Notes under the pieces: generated by a model
The model's database searches: none
The model's input: only the letters and a program-made list of their open reading frames with translations
Told to the model about the DNA's origin: nothing
Shown here: positions 1 through 15,950 of the stretch, in pieces
How positions within the stretch are numbered: the first letter of the stretch is position 1
Layout of the letters: each line of letters starts with the position of its first letter
Program-made: the position numbers and the translations under genes
Source of the DNA: Octopus vulgaris
Taxonomy: Eukaryota
Direction of reading: 5' to 3'
DNA: 64,000 nucleotides
Assembly (NCBI GenBank): GCA_951406725.2
Contig: OX597819.1
Coordinates: 19,716,001-19,780,000, forward strand

Positions 1-599
1 ATCCTTCGTCGGATACACAGAAAATGTTGAGGGAAGAAGAGAAAGACAGAAGGAAGTGTGGTAAAACGAGATAAGACACAGAAACAGACACAGACATAGG
101 CGCGCGCGAGCACACACACAAACATATTTCTATCTAAATTTAAGAAGATAGGGCGTGATTTGAAAGATATTTTATGTTTACTTTTGCATTTCTTCTAATC
201 TCTAATATCTTCTTTCAACGTGGCACGGAAAATGCTTGCATTGTCTGTATTTCACATGCAATCACCCCTTTAACGACTAATTACATCCTGAACCGGACGG
301 GAAGAGATATACTTCAGAAGGATATAGTCCCAAGTTTACAGCATGAATATATTTAACATTACTAGGCCCTGAGACATAGGCCCTGCAATCAAGAAATATT
401 ACAATTAAGGGAATTCCTATTGTGATAACTTTGAGTTTTATGCATCTTATTCCTCACTATCGAATTGGTCCTGGTTCCAGATCGATCCTCCTGATATCTC
501 TTGTAGATAATAGTTTTACGAAAATAATATGTCCAGGAGTTTCACTACTGTATGAGGAAGAAGTGAAACATGGTGCAATATTTTTAGTAAATATAAGTT

Positions 600-810
600 G
601 GTGATGTGACAGTAGCGTTAGAACCCCGCGCAAAATGCTTACAGGCATTTCGTCCGTCTTTATGTTTGTAGTTCAAAATCCGTCGAATCGGATTTACTTT
701 TCACTCTTTCGGTACCGATAAATCCAATAGCATATTGTCCTTCGAGTCGATATAATCGACTTACACCCTCCCGCGAAGTCGCCTGTCTTGTGCCAAACAC
801 AGAAACCGAT
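600..810 (+). mobile_element. Old SINE family B-related copy
   Basis: gcgttagaaccccgcgcaaaatgctt..gttcaaaatcc..gtcgatataatcgactta..gtgccaaa. Confidence 0.65.
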
Positions 811-1700
811 ATTTCTAGTAAACATAGAGCGTGTTTTAGGAATGTTTAGAGTATATGCCTTCGAGTATATGCTTTGACATGAAATCGAGCCTTGATCAAC
901 TAAATCAATTTCTAAAAGCTGGCCTTGTGACGAAATCGAAGGAACATTTACAGCAAACACAGTCGATATTAACTGTAGCCGGCTAGCCATGAAATGGAGA
1001 ACAATCTCTCAGTATCCCGCGTAAACATACTGGGATAAGACGAGTTTAATACAAACCGCACATTACTCTGTTTAATAAGGAAACGATGCTGTGGATAATG
1101 CAGTTTTACTTATCATGACACAGACAGGAAAATATAAATGCTGGAATTTATTCGATCATAGATATGTTCCAGCAGATTTGAAAATTTGACAGAGTTTATT
1201 AGAAAATTAGTTAAGTCTCTATCTTAATATAGTGCGTTTAGAACTTCAAAAAGAGACCATTCCCAGCCAACAACCAAAGTTGCTCTTATCATCATCATCA
1301 CTATCATCAGCATCATGGTCATCGTCGTCGTCATCACTTGGAGATTTTCAATTAATAAAGTTGGGTGTTGAAGTCTACAGTAATATTTCATTACCGCCGT
1401 TCATTGCAACAATGCTGAGTCCGTGAGGTAGACACAGTACTGGATTCAACAGTTGACAGATAAATATGTTGCCTGTAGACATAATGTAGCGACGTTAACA
1501 GGATAAGACAATGCCATTGATTGAGAGGAACTTAATTAACGTGATATTCTCTGATAATCAAACATGATTATTTATATTCATATACACATACGAATATACA
1601 CATGCATGCAAATATGCGAATAGAGACGTCCAAGAACCGTTTTATAAACAGACGCACAAACTCATGTGATTGTGTGTGCGTATATATATTTATATAAACA

Positions 1701-1768
<68 letters not shown>

Positions 1769-2136
1769 TATATATATATATATATGAAAATGGGGAGAGA
1801 GGGAGAGAGAGAGAGAGAGAAGAAGGAGAGAGACGTGTGTATGTAGTGTTTCTGTGTTTTTGGATGTGTATACGTGTAAGCATGCGTGTAGTTAATTAAT
1901 TACTATTTGCTTTTTCAATGTAAAAGTTATCTAGAGACGACAGAAAGAAAACGGCTTTGACTGTCAGAACAACTTAAAAAGTTTAATACGAAAAAAGAAA
2001 AAAAATGCGAACGTATAAATGTACGCTTGTTTTTCTCTGATGCGTTGCTATAAATCATAGGAAAATTTTAATTCGTTAATTATAATTATAAATACGTGCA
2101 TGAGTGTATGTGTGTATTTAGATACATATATATATG

Positions 2137-2180
<44 letters not shown>

Positions 2181-4350
2181 ACACAGACACAAACACCCAC
2201 ACATACACATGCATACATATACGTGTGTGAGTGTGTAGTGTGTATGTATATATATATATATAGATATATATACAAGTTAAGTTCCTTATTGCGATTACGG
2301 TCTGGAAAGGAGACACTGTAATGCAGCATCCAAATCTTCTTTCGGGTAATTCTCAGGTAGTGTGCCTGAAGAGCGCGTTAACTATTCAAAAGGTACCCGG
2401 CGTCATACGCGGTAGAGTGCTTTCATCGTTGTATACACATAAGAAATTCCCAAATGCACGTTGTGTATATTTTCAATGTTTCATGAGGAGTCGGAGTGTA
2501 ACTGGAAGCTTTATTTAGCACAACAATTTTCTCAGCTGTCTTCTGCATAGCTACCTATTTATTGGGGAACGATGTAATGACATCATTTACATCGTGCAGT
2601 CCAGGGAGATTCATCAGGTGACGTAATATGCTTCAAAGATTGTATGATTTACATTTCGCTCCAACTTACATACTTATGATATTACGGTGTGCTGTCAGCA
2701 GCTGACACACACACTGGTGAAGTCACTAACGTCACACCGTCTTCCGCATCATTTCACACGCAGAAGCACACACACACGCATTCTGGTTCTTATAATAGAA
2801 TTTGTCTAGCGGGCTGGCTGGCTGGCTGGCTGGCTTGCACGCAGAACCATTTGCTTGAGGCATTTCTTCCGGCTTTAAAGTTTGAGCTCAATTTGCACCC
2901 AGGTCGTCTTTGCATTTCATTAATTTGGTGTCTTTGAAATAAGGACCAGTTATGAATTAGAGTCGATAAAGTCGACTAACCCCTTCACACGAAATGTCAG
3001 GACTTGTAACTGTTGTGGAAACGATTATTATATCAAACAATCTTAGCTATGTGACTGACTATGTTTTTATATGTTGAGAATAGCAGGTGTGCGCCCATGA
3101 ACGTGTGCCTATATAGTATACGCCTCTGCGTCACTGCAGCTTAAATTATCGGGAACGTATTAAAACCTTCGGAATGTATGATATGTATTTTCGCGGGATA
3201 TATTCCTGTCTGTAAACAGTGACTGTGACCAGCCATACTTTCATATTAGTGGATGTAGCAACTGAATCTTAAATCTGCGTTTGTTTGTTTTACACAAGAA
3301 AAAAGGGACGTATAGGGTGAAAATTGCCATGCGAAGGTCTACTCACATTTCAGGGAAAACACTACAGCTATGTTGAATGCTACGACATACATAACTGTGC
3401 TTCCTCCAGAATCTGCTCCTAGTTCACAAGGTATTTCGCGTCACAAATACAAAATCCTTGTTGCTATTATCTTCCTGTCAGAGGCATATCTTTAATGAAA
3501 TCTATAAGAAATGCTTGCCATTAATCAATGCTCAAGAAATAACAGTAAAAACCATGTTTTCGAAATCCTGCCGTATTCGAAAATGAAAGAAGCAATATGT
3601 GGTAGATTTCCTGTTGCTCTTTTCCTGAACAAAGTGTTAGATCACCTCAAGAAATCTTATGTCCACTTGGATTTCATTGAGAACAGCCATAACAGCATCA
3701 ACAACGAGAACAACAGCAGCAACAACCAGAACAAGGATATCAGCAAGAACGCTTGGCACAAATAGCAACATCAGGAGCCAGCCATTTCAAGAAAACTGCA
3801 CAGAAAATATGTGGTTCTTCAATGATAAATGGAACACAGATTGTAAAATGAGGCACAACAATATTTATCATAATGAATGCAAAATGTTGTATTCAAAATA
3901 ACATAATATATTACTGGTACATATCTGTGTTTATTCCTAAAAAGCTCTAGACATTTCTTAAGAGTACGAAGTAAGAAGGTTGTGATCTTTTAAAGAAATG
4001 ACGCCAGACGTTGCTCTATATTTGGTGTGACTCACTAATGTTTATGTCGCACTTAGAGCCAGATTATAATTTGAAATATTAAAATCAAAAGAATTTGTTC
4101 AGACGAAATTAAGTAATATAAAAATATGAATTTGTAATACAAAGATTATGTTTTTTGGCTTTGAGCAATGTACCGTGTTTTCAATGATTTAACTGGTCTT
4201 GTGATGTGATGGTAAGAAAAAATTCTTGACATTTTACCAATAACAGCGAATTCTTGTCCAATGAAGCTTCTAAAAAAATCACTGAAACATACAAAGTTAC
4301 CTGACGTTTGAGAATTGATTTATTTTGTTTTTCGGTATTTCATCATATAA

Positions 4351-4449
<99 letters not shown>

Positions 4450-4809
4450 AGTATATATATATATATATACACATACATATATATGCATGCGTATATACAT
4501 GCATATATATATATTTATTTATGGATGTATATATATATATATATATGCATATATACACATGTGTCATATGAGTCTTTGTATATAGACACACACACATTGA
4601 CAGTCAGATGTATATATATGCGCACATGCGTACGTGTGTACGGGTATACATATACACTTGTGTACACCGCATTTCTAAAATTTCAACATATGATGTTCTG
4701 TTAATATTTCACAAGACATATTTATTAAGAATGTTCAAAAGAATAGCGATTCTCATCTTACGTTACATAGGTAATATTGGTTCCGTTTGAACAAAAGTCA
4801 AGGCGCCGT

Positions 4810-4864
<55 letters not shown>

Positions 4865-5174
4865 GTTTATGTCTGTGTGTGATACAAGGAGATGTGGAAG
4901 TTGATTTCGTTGTGGTGATCTTTGGTGCTGTATGGCAGCCTATGTGGGTCAAATAAGATACTTTGTGGTATGGTGGCACTTCATAAACGAGTGTTGTTTT
5001 ATTCTTGTCAATGTAGAATAATATTCAGTAAATCTCTTTTTTCTCTTATAATTTATCTTTCTCTTCTATTCAACGAAGTCAACTTCTTTCCTTGCCTTCA
5101 TCTTCTCGTTCTCTTTCCTCTTCATCACTAATTTCATTTTGTACTACATAATCTCCTCCGCTTCGTTATTGATG

Positions 5175-5219
5175 CTGTTGCTCTTCTTGTTCTTGTTCTT
5201 CTTGTTCTTCTTGTTCTTC

Positions 5220-5251
<32 letters not shown>

Positions 5252-5445
5252 CTTCTTCTTCTTCTTCTTCTTCTTCTTCTGCTTCCTATTCTTTTTATTC
5301 CCCTTCTTCATCTTCTTCTTCCTGTTCTGCTTCTTCTTCTGCTTCTTCTTCTTCTTCTTCTTCTTCTTCTTCTTCTTCTGTTTCTTCTTTTTCTTCTTCT
5401 TCTTCTTCTTCTTCTTCTTCTTCTTCTTCTTCTACTTCTTCCTCT
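5175..5445. repeat. (TTG)n/(TTC)n compound microsatellite
   Basis: Read directly from the sequence. Confidence 0.95.
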
Positions 5446-8439
5446 ACTCTCCAGCCAAAGTATATTCGCATGGTCAGCTTCTTTACATTATTCATCGAAA
5501 ACAGGGTCTTTCTATGTGTATCCCCTTCTTTACCATTCTGCAGCATCCCCTCCCTATTCACCTCTCCCTCTCTCTCTTTCTACATCTCTCTCTCTCTTTC
5601 ACTGCCTCTCTCTTTTCTCTGTTGGTGTCAGACATTCGATGTCTTAAAAACTGAAATGCTGGAACGAATGTCTTAAAATCCTCTCCACCCAATCAGAATG
5701 CATTTTTCACCCAAGAAAATACAGAATAATGTTAATGCTCTGATTCCTCGTCTCTCTTTGGTCTGATTTAAAAAACAAGTTTATTCAACTGAATTATACT
5801 ATGTCCTATCCGGAAATCGTGCCAGATTATTAGAGATCGAAGAGGAGGGGGATGAGGATGATGATGATGATGAGGGATGATGATGAGGAGGAAGCATTCT
5901 TCTCATATCTACATCAACTTCCGCACCTCGTCCTGCAATAATTTTCCTTGTCACACGACATTTCTTTCACGCTTTTCTGCTTAGCTTTTGTTTTACACTT
6001 TTTGGGCTGCCTCGGTGGGTAGTGTGTCCTCATAATCATAATCATCATCATTATTATTATTACTATTGCTGTTATTGTCAATTTTTTTCATTATTATTAA
6101 TATTAATATCAATGCTGTTATTATTCCTATAAATATTAATAGACTATCAAATATTTCATTATTTACGGAATATATCGCGAAGTGGTTTAATAAGAATGCA
6201 TAACCAGGAGGCCTACGACATTATGTAACATGTAACAGAAACAATACCCGAAGCCCCGGATAATACACGTTACTATGTTGGAGGGTGTATAGATAAAAAG
6301 AGTAATGCCATTATTATTTCACATGACAATGGATGATGTGATATGAGAAGACTAAAATCCGCTCTCCATACACTAGCAAGAGTATCTCTTTAAGTACCAC
6401 TTTCAAAATTAATAACTGCAACAAAATATTAATAGATTAATATCCATAATGCGGTTGCACACATGTTAATGTAAACACTGGAGAGCCACTCCGCCGTTAA
6501 CATCAGTGATGTGTGCAAACACCCTGTGCAGCCACCTGCTCCTCGCTGTTAATTGTGAACCTGTGGATCGTTAGGTTAACGACACGTTGTCCTCTTAATG
6601 AAACATCATACACTGACAGGGCAAGAAGGTAATTTATTTACCACACAAGGTGCAGGCAATCCTTGCACATTAACTAAATATTAGGCAAATGGCGGTATTT
6701 TGTTTTTGTTTCCTTCATTAGGTATAAATGTTGATATTCGAGCGAATAGCCAATCTATTTTGCTTTTATAAAATTGCACAGTCGTGTTGCATACTGTAGT
6801 TGTTTGAGTGACTGCCTTGGTCCAGTGGCATTGCACTCGATTTTCACGGAGTGTCAGCTGTTGGAAACAGGAAGTCCTACAGCGTTAATACAAAACTGAA
6901 TTTGTATTATTATTAATATATTATATATTAATCTCCGTAGCCTGTTTGTTGCCTGTTCAAGCTTTGATAAACACAATACAACAACCATCAGGTGTGATGT
7001 TTCACTGGTAGTCTAATCTATGATAAATACTCGCCTTCTGTCACTGCCGTAGAAGCCGAACGTTGCAATCGAGAAACACTTCAACTCTTAGAAATCGGTT
7101 TCTATGCCACCAATTGCGCAATACTGAATTATGTTGTGAGATATCAGAACACGTAGGGTTAAATGAATGCATTACGCTATTAATCGTAGTTCAGTTGCAT
7201 TCAGTGTTCGCATCTCGAATTTGCTTTGTTTATTTTTCTGCGCACGACAAATAAATTCGATTTAAATGATTGGATCATAACATCAAAATGCGTATCGTTT
7301 CGCCAGTCTTAGTAGCATGATAATAAACTATACTGAGAATTGCTCACTTTAATCGAAATACAGACGTCGACAAAAATTTGAAATATTACGAGTAGATTAT
7401 TGATTTCATATCTATATTAATGCCCTGTCCTCTTGCAGTCTCACATTCGTAAGCACCCTTTTATATAACTTATGAGGAAAGATACCTTCACATACACACA
7501 CACACGGGCACACACACATACATATATAAAAACATACATACAATATTGTTATAGGAATATCTCGTTACATCGACGAATGACGGTTCAGTTTTCTAAAGAA
7601 CCTACATGATCAATATTATTATATTGGATATGTTTTGTGCAAAGCCAGTCCCCCTCTTTCCTCCTTCAAACTTGTAACACTATGGGTGAAGAAGAGGCAC
7701 GGGCCCAGTACTTATCGCAATGCAGTAGTTGTATGAAGTCACCTTCTCTTTGATGACAAACTGAAGAGCTGCTGACGGGCCACATCTACCATGGCTCCAT
7801 CATTTATGAGTGACCTTCCTCCAGCAAAAATTCTGCGACTTACTAGATAACCTATTGTGGGGACATTAGTAGGTGAGAAAAGACCTGGGAACAGTTGTGC
7901 CGAAATAAAAAATGCTTCCACTTCGCTCAAAAATCTAGAACTCTAGAACCAGGCCTCGATATCTGCAGCAATTTCAGGTCATACCCAGAAGAAACATACT
8001 TCCATATTCCTACATATGCAATCACGCACGAACATCTATACAATAGCAGCTTGACTTCGGAGCAAGGAAAAGCATTTAAATTGTTTCCCAACATGGATAA
8101 TATAGTAGTAAAATCTCCCTAAATTCACATTCTACGGTTTCAAAAAGAGAGTAACGCATTGCACGATTCTATTCTCGACATGCGAAATGAATAATCCTGG
8201 ATGGCCATAGATGGAATACTTTTGGTTATATATCTTCTCAGTCATAGCTGAACCGAGGATAACACAATAATAACAGTACGTTTCCCAATTCTTTCTGGAG
8301 GTCATTGATATCCCTTCTCTCACAAACTCATAGCGTCTAATGGAATTCATGAAAAAAATAGAACGTCTTTGACTAAAAGACTTCGTACAGGAAGTAATAT
8401 CTAATGTTATAAAGAAGTGTTATTAATAATAATGTAATG

Positions 8440-8447
8440 TGGTGCTG

Positions 8448-8492
<45 letters not shown>

Positions 8493-8550
8493 GTAATAGT
8501 AGTAGTAGTAATAGTAATAGTAGTAGTAGTAGTATTAGTAGTAGTAGTGA

Positions 8551-8603
<53 letters not shown>

Positions 8604-8605
8604 TG
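8440..8605. repeat. (TAG)n/(TGG)n microsatellite
   Basis: Read directly from the sequence. Confidence 0.95.
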
Positions 8606-9384
8606 ATTGTTAGTAGAATCTGTGATAATATATTTCGGTCAGCTGACGTTATTAGCTCTGAGAAATTAGGAAACGCTGCGAAGCAAAGATGCAGGGACGT
8701 TATATCGTTCTGCTTTTCTATGATAACTGGAATGAATGCTTATTAGTGTGGAAATATTGCTTGGTATAGTAACAAAAATGGTAACAATATACATATACAT
8801 ATATGCGTGCTTGCTATCGGTGTTACTTCATGCGTTCAGGCTTAGATATAATTCTTTTTCACATAAACAGAGGGTGGCCAATCTCGTAAGCACGTGGTAT
8901 GAAGTTATATCATCTAAGTATCCTTCAGGGCGAGAAAAAGAACAGAAGGAAAATAAAATGAATGTAACATGAAAAATATAAAACGCAAAAAATGAATATT
9001 ATATCAGAACAAAGATGGTGAAACGGAGTATTACGAGTCAAATGTTTATGATATTAACGGCAACAGTTGGAATATTATTAAACGTATATCCACACTAGAA
9101 TCTATTAATGTCCAATTCTTTCTTAATATTTTTCTTGTCTAATTATATGTCTTATATATCACCTTTAGAAGTCGTTTAGTTAACAATTGAGGAAAATGAA
9201 GAAAAATTATTTCATATACATATATGTGTGATTTGATACGATATTCATAAGTGCGTGTATTTGTTTATGTATATCTATAAGCATATACATATATTTATTC
9301 ATGCAGGTATATGTACATATGAATGTATATAATGTCACACACAAGCACACACACACACATACACACACGCAGATGCATATATAA

Positions 9385-9600
9385 ATGGTGGTGACCCCCT
9401 TCGGTCAGACAGTGACCATGGGTTTGCACCTAGAGAGTTACTCTCTGAGGCACAAGTCTGGGCAAGGTTGTTTTTTATGGAAGACCAGCGGTCGCTCATG
9501 CATACCGGCCTCCCCTCTCCACGTCACCGATATTGTCCAAGGGAAAGGCAGGGGCCGAAACAGCTTGGCACCTGTGACGTCGCAACTCATTTCTACAGCT

Positions 9601-9602
<2 letters not shown>
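9385..9602. mobile_element. RTE-related repeat fragment (RTE 5' UTR-like or RTE-derived SINE part)
   Basis: GC-rich ccctctccacgtcaccgatattgtccaagggaaaggc..ggccgaaacagcttggcacc resembles RTE-associated sequence (recognised by eye); ends in a microsatellite. Confidence 0.45.
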
Positions 9603-9694
<92 letters not shown>

Positions 9695-10189
9695 TGTGTG
9701 TGTGTGTGTATATGATAAGAGGTTGTATGTAATTACCCTTTTACGAAAAGCAGATTTAATTGATGAATGTATAATCCTGATAAGTAAATGTTACGAATTT
9801 CCATAACACCAATATCTTTTCTCGTCGATTGTAGCTTGTCTCTACATGATCGCTTTCGATACCGTCATATTTCACCAGATTTGCTCGATTATATTTCAAG
9901 ATATCTTTTCAAATCATTGGGATGTGCAGCAATGCAACTGACCAGTCTATTTTTGCAATATTTAATGAACTAAAACTTATACTTGATTTTGCCACTCACA
10001 TCTTTGTTCTGTATATATTTTCAACCAAATGAACAAGTATTCATGGCTCGTTTCTGCAGTGAATGGTTACAATTCTTGAATTACATCGTGATATTATTTA
10101 GCCTTGATTACTGGCTTATCATCGCTGCTGCTGTATTTATCGCCTAAAGCAAGGTCTTTATTTGCTCCCTAATAAAGGCTGGAAAGTGT

Positions 10190-10570
10190 AGGTCGAGTGG
10201 ATGTGAAATCTCTAAACGAGTAAATATAATACTTTTACAACATATCTTTCTAGGAAGTGAGATGGCAAAATAGATGACACGCCGCTCAAAATGATTATCA
10301 CTGTAGTTTTCCTCAAATGAACGAGATGTTAAGCACTTAAATTAATTTTTCTAAAACGTATTATTGACCTGAAAAAATAATAGTCTTAGAACCCTTCCTT
10401 GAGGTATACCACTTATTACAGGTGATTTCGGCGAGAGAAAAACCATACACAAGTTGAGTCCTGTCACGTAGGAACTGAAAGCGCCATTCTCTGAGTTTTC
10501 CTCCACACCAAGATCCCTTAACATATGACCGGTGATTGTCAATTGCCTTAGCAAAACCAACGTATACACA
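10190..10570 (-). pseudogene. CR1-group LINE RT fragment
   Basis: VYVGFAKAID..GGKLREWRFQFLRDRTQLV and PVISGIPQGRVLRLLFF (DFAKAFD and SGVPQG motifs). Confidence 0.75.
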
Positions 10571-11882
10571 CACATACTTACAAACATACGCGCATACATT
10601 CAAACATGTACACGCGCAAATACACATGCACACATACGCACATACCCGCAGACACACAGACAAACCATTTGTAAACAGAATCTGCTAATAGCTTACTAAA
10701 CAAGAGAGCACTGCAATATAAATAATAACGTTATGTAGATTGAGCTTTAACAATCGCTCTATATACTTTAAAATATATCGGGAAACATATAAAATATATT
10801 TATATTTAATATTTCATATACACCTGCAACAAGGAAATCTGCAGTTCAAGCTATAAATACAAAGAGGGAAATTCAAATATATATATATTTACCCTCATTA
10901 TCGAAGAATATCTTGTGTGATGTATGTCAACAGTTTTATATTTATGCTATAATTGAAGCTATCAATATAATATTTTACACCACATTATCACATATACGAA
11001 CTTAACAATAATTTACCACCGAGCAATATTAATAAATACACATACAGATCAAAGGTAAATTGACGGCATTTATCATGGAAAGCGTCTTTCTTCTTTGCAA
11101 ACGTGATGGTCAAAGAAGAAATTTCATTTTCGCTGCTATGCTGTGGTCGCCAATGTGATGGAGATGTCTCATTGAAAGACTTTGATTCATCTGGAATTGA
11201 TCTGCAACTTTAAATATTTTACTCTGAGGATTATTTCCCACACTCCATTTGACAGCCGAAAGGCACCTCTCAGATGGCCCAGGCTGAGCTGAGTAAATTT
11301 TACAGTCACTTTATTCTGGCAAAAAGAATGCAAGATTTTGTGCAATGTTCGCTTAGTGCACCCTCTTTGTACGCCCTCATTGATAATCATACAAATCTTT
11401 CGATAATTATTCAAATCTTTTGATAATCATACACATCTTTTGATTCGCAGCATGGTTCTTTGATAGAAACAATTAATATACCGTAATCCCAAACGAATAA
11501 TAATGAATTAATAAGCTTAAAGCATCAAGATGTGTCTGTTTTTGAGACGTTTTTACATATTTCTCATGAAGCATAATTTATGTTCAAAACATTTCAAGAT
11601 TTATATGCTTACCTAAACTCACAAAGTTTTAGGAATATGTTTAAACATGGCTAAACATATTTGCTGACGTGATATCGGGTTCAATACCAAAGCATGAAAC
11701 ATTTGGCAAGTGACTTCTTCTATAGCATTGTGTAGAGTAATGCCTATCCAGAGAATCTGGGACATGAAAACTGTTGAGGAGGTAATTTATTATTATTTAG
11801 CCCGTTTCCTAATACGATTCAGTCTCTCTTTTTTTTTAATTAGGAGTATATACGTGTAGAATTGTGTTTCTTGTGAAGGTGC

Positions 11883-12216
<334 letters not shown>

Positions 12217-12880
12217 GCATGGGTGGGTGTGTTTTTATGTGTCTATTTTTGTGCCTTTTTGTCATCGTCATCGTAACTTGGGAGTTCGGCACGGAGAAGT
12301 ACAAAACTGGATTTCTTCGACTAAACCCCGGAATGGCTGCAGTCTGGTGAATGTTGCAATTTTGTAACAAAACATTGTAAATGGCTGCAATTTACTTTTA
12401 AAAGTATTGTACCAGGTTAGACATACTGAATCTAAACGGAAAAGAATTCGATTCTCTGATGTTACAAATTACTTTAATTTGTCTCACATCTGAATACACT
12501 TGTATATTTGGTTTGTTAATGCTATTAGAATCTCATTGCTTGTATATCGAGGTTGTGTTTGCGGGATTGTGTTTGCTTCTTCCCTTGTGTGTGGATGCGT
12601 ATTTGTGTCTTCAGTTTGCCATGTGCTTGTAGACCCGAAACCTAGTGATACAGAGTATCAGACCAAAATCTCTTGCGACTGAAGACTTTTATACATATAC
12701 GTAAATACACACATAAATACATATTCAAATACGATATAGAAACGCAACACATACATACGTACATAAACATATATATGTACGTTCTCTCTCTGTCTCCATA
12801 TCTCTCTGTCTATAAAAATATATATACATACACAATATATATAGAACGCATATATACATATATATATATATGCATGTATG

Positions 12881-12934
<54 letters not shown>

Positions 12935-13937
12935 ACACTCATGTGTGTGTGTGTATACACATATACTTAGCAGTGTTTGTACATACATATTTACGCAACC
13001 CATAATGCTTATGCATTATAAATGGAAGTAATTAATTTTTCTCTAAAGGAATGATAAGACAATGTTTAATCACGCTATATAAATATTAAGAATATTTATC
13101 ATGTTAAAGATTTAAAGAGTACGAACAAAAAAAAATGACTGGGTGATAAAGTAAGATTTACGACAAAACAGTTCATTCATTCTTGCACACGCCTATCTCT
13201 TTCAGTTGTCCTTGCCATTCTATTCCATTATCGTTGAGTAAATTTTTAAAGATCAAGTGTTATGGAAAGTCATAAAATATATCAAACACAAATGCAAGAC
13301 TAGTAACTCTGTCTGCTGAGATGAAGTAAGTTTCCTGCGATATTTCACTTGTAAGGAAATCGTCTCCGCTCTATGTTTCTGTCAAGATTTCAATTTTCGC
13401 GTCATCTTATCTTATGCTATTGCAGTGGAAGTAAATTAAAATATTTTCCCATTTGAATATTGGCATTTAGCACGAAGCTTTTGTCAGATTATGGTTTTTT
13501 GCGTTCCATTCTCTAGCATAATTTCTGAAAACAATACAATAATCTACTGAATCCTTGTTATTATTATTTATAGTCTATGATTCCCTCAAACTTTTAAATC
13601 ATAAAGAGGAAAGAAAAACCGAAAAAACAACCGAAGCAAAGTGAATGAAATTAGATAAATGAGAATGAGTATATGAACAATGATGGATGAAAATGAGTAA
13701 AAGTATTGAAGATTTAAATCATCTGACGCCAATCTGACTTGAAAATGACGGTCCATTGTATATTTTGATATACAGAATTATATATTTATGAGTGAAAGGT
13801 TATTTTAAAAGGACAATTGTGAAGGCAGAAGCCATATCTTTTCTTCTGACGTTAATAGCCTCTGCTTGTAATACAAGCATCAGGTCAAATATATTTTTTA
13901 TTTTATTTATAATTGTATATACGTTATATATATGTGC

Positions 13938-13992
<55 letters not shown>

Positions 13993-15764
13993 TACACACA
14001 CATATATATATATATATATACATATGTATATATGTATATATGGATATATATTACACACATATGTTTGTTTATATACGCTCAGACAGACACACACACATAC
14101 ATATATATGCATATGCATATAAAGGAATTTATATAAATAGTGTGGGTACACATATATGCGTGGTGACGTTCTCCAAGACGACCATTTATTCGTGTGTGTC
14201 TATGTGTGTCTGTAGTGCAGCAATTCATATGCTTTTGTTGCTTCTTCTGTTTCAGATTCTCCTTAACTGAGAAAAATAAGTGTCTGTAACTCGGTATATT
14301 CTTTCTACTGAATATTTCAGAAATGTGAATTGTTCAACAAACGAAACACGAAATGATAGTGATCCTGTCAAAACGAAACGAATATGTTTCTGAATGAATA
14401 ATGATATTCTGATAAACGATGTTTAAGTTTTCTGCCTCGTACCACGGAATCATTTTTGGCTTTATGTATTATATATGCTTTTTGCTCTATTCTCTATTGA
14501 AATTATGCAACAAAAATATTCCTGAAGATTAAAGAAATCTCGTGAAAACTATGCCTAAACAGATAACACACACACACACACACACACACCAACAAGTGTG
14601 TCTCCATACACAAACCCACAAACGCATACATTTATTATTTTGTCCGTTTACAGATTACGCATGAAAAACTGCTTACATGTAAAATTATTTTTCTACACGC
14701 TAACGTCGGCTTATACAAAAAAAGCAAGGAACAAAAAATCTTTGCGATAGATTGTTGGAAATCGCACTGTAAATAATTCGATTCATATACACAAAGTACT
14801 GCATCATTCTACTGTATTAAAAGATACCAGCTCTTTTTCAGTGAAATATCTGGTTGCTGTGTTATTAAGATGTCTACAGTCAGCCTACACTGAGAAGGAC
14901 CATGAAGGATTGTGTTCCAGTATGTCTTCGGAAGGTACAACTTAATTTTCGGAATCTATTTTTAGGATTACATAGCATGATTTCAGAGAATTTTGTCCCT
15001 GTTTCCAGAATATCACGTCACGGCGACCCTCATATTAGTTTCTATAAATCCCAGCGCGGAGTTGTATCAAATATAAAAAAGTTTTGTTTAAAAGACTATA
15101 GAATGAAGTCAGAAACCGTGTGCCTTTCCTTACACTATCCACTGCATGAAATACAAGCAACGAGTCAAGTATTTTGAGGTGTTGACTCACATTCAAGTTT
15201 CACATTTTCCATCGTTTCATCTTACCTAGACCAAAAAATTGTCTTCACGGTGGAAAGCGATGTAGATATATTTTTATATTATAACACCTAAATATTGCGT
15301 CAAAATGCGTCTCGAAAGGAAAAAGTTGACCGCTGGCCATAGGACACGGGACTATCAAATGTCTATCATGTTTCTAGAAAATGTTGGTTCGTGTTGTGCG
15401 GTCAGCCTTCGACTTTCCATCCATCCAAGATTATTTTTAACTAAATATTTACGCGTAAATATTTATTTGGTTTATCTAATACCAGTTACACCATTTAAAA
15501 GTTTTGCATTGTATCCACAATGTTTCTGCATTGAATCTTTTCAATTTCAATACAGAGGTAACATGAACAAAAGTCTAACCGGTTTGGGCTTCTATCGCTT
15601 CCAGACTTTGTTTTAAGATACTATCATGGTACAAGATATTTACAAAATTATAACTGCCGAAAACCTAAGTCATACACAAAAAGATGTCATCCAAATGCCA
15701 CGTACTTGTTGCTGTTGTTGTTGTTGTAAAATAAGCTCAGTTTAATCCGCACACACTTTAAAAT

Positions 15765-15950
15765 GCATGACCAAGTCGTCAGGCTGTTGCACACAGGATC
15801 CCACGATGCAGGTTTCAATTTCTGAATCGGATAGTGCTATGTGTTCTTGAACAAAAGACTGCGGCTCATGTTGTTCTGCGACCACTTCAACACGTAACCT
15901 GTGGTATACTGTGCTCCTGTACAGGCAACGGTGATTCGGTGCACAGAGCG
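15765..15950 (+). mobile_element. Degenerate SINE of a third family
   Basis: tRNA-like head (ggtttcaatt B-box relic) followed by gtgttcttgaacaaa; weak. Confidence 0.4.

Noticed and set aside
7700-8350. Complex sequence possibly from an old LINE (similar case at 50590-50830)
   Set aside because: No motif is clear enough to assign by eye.
11383-11445. Three ~20-bp tandem units (gataatcatacaaatcttt), considered as CRISPR-like
   Set aside because: There are no spacers and the context is eukaryotic; an ordinary minisatellite.
13310-13370. Hairpin followed by GAAAUCGUC, resembling a hammerhead
   Set aside because: No recognisable 3-9 core and no second copy in the window.
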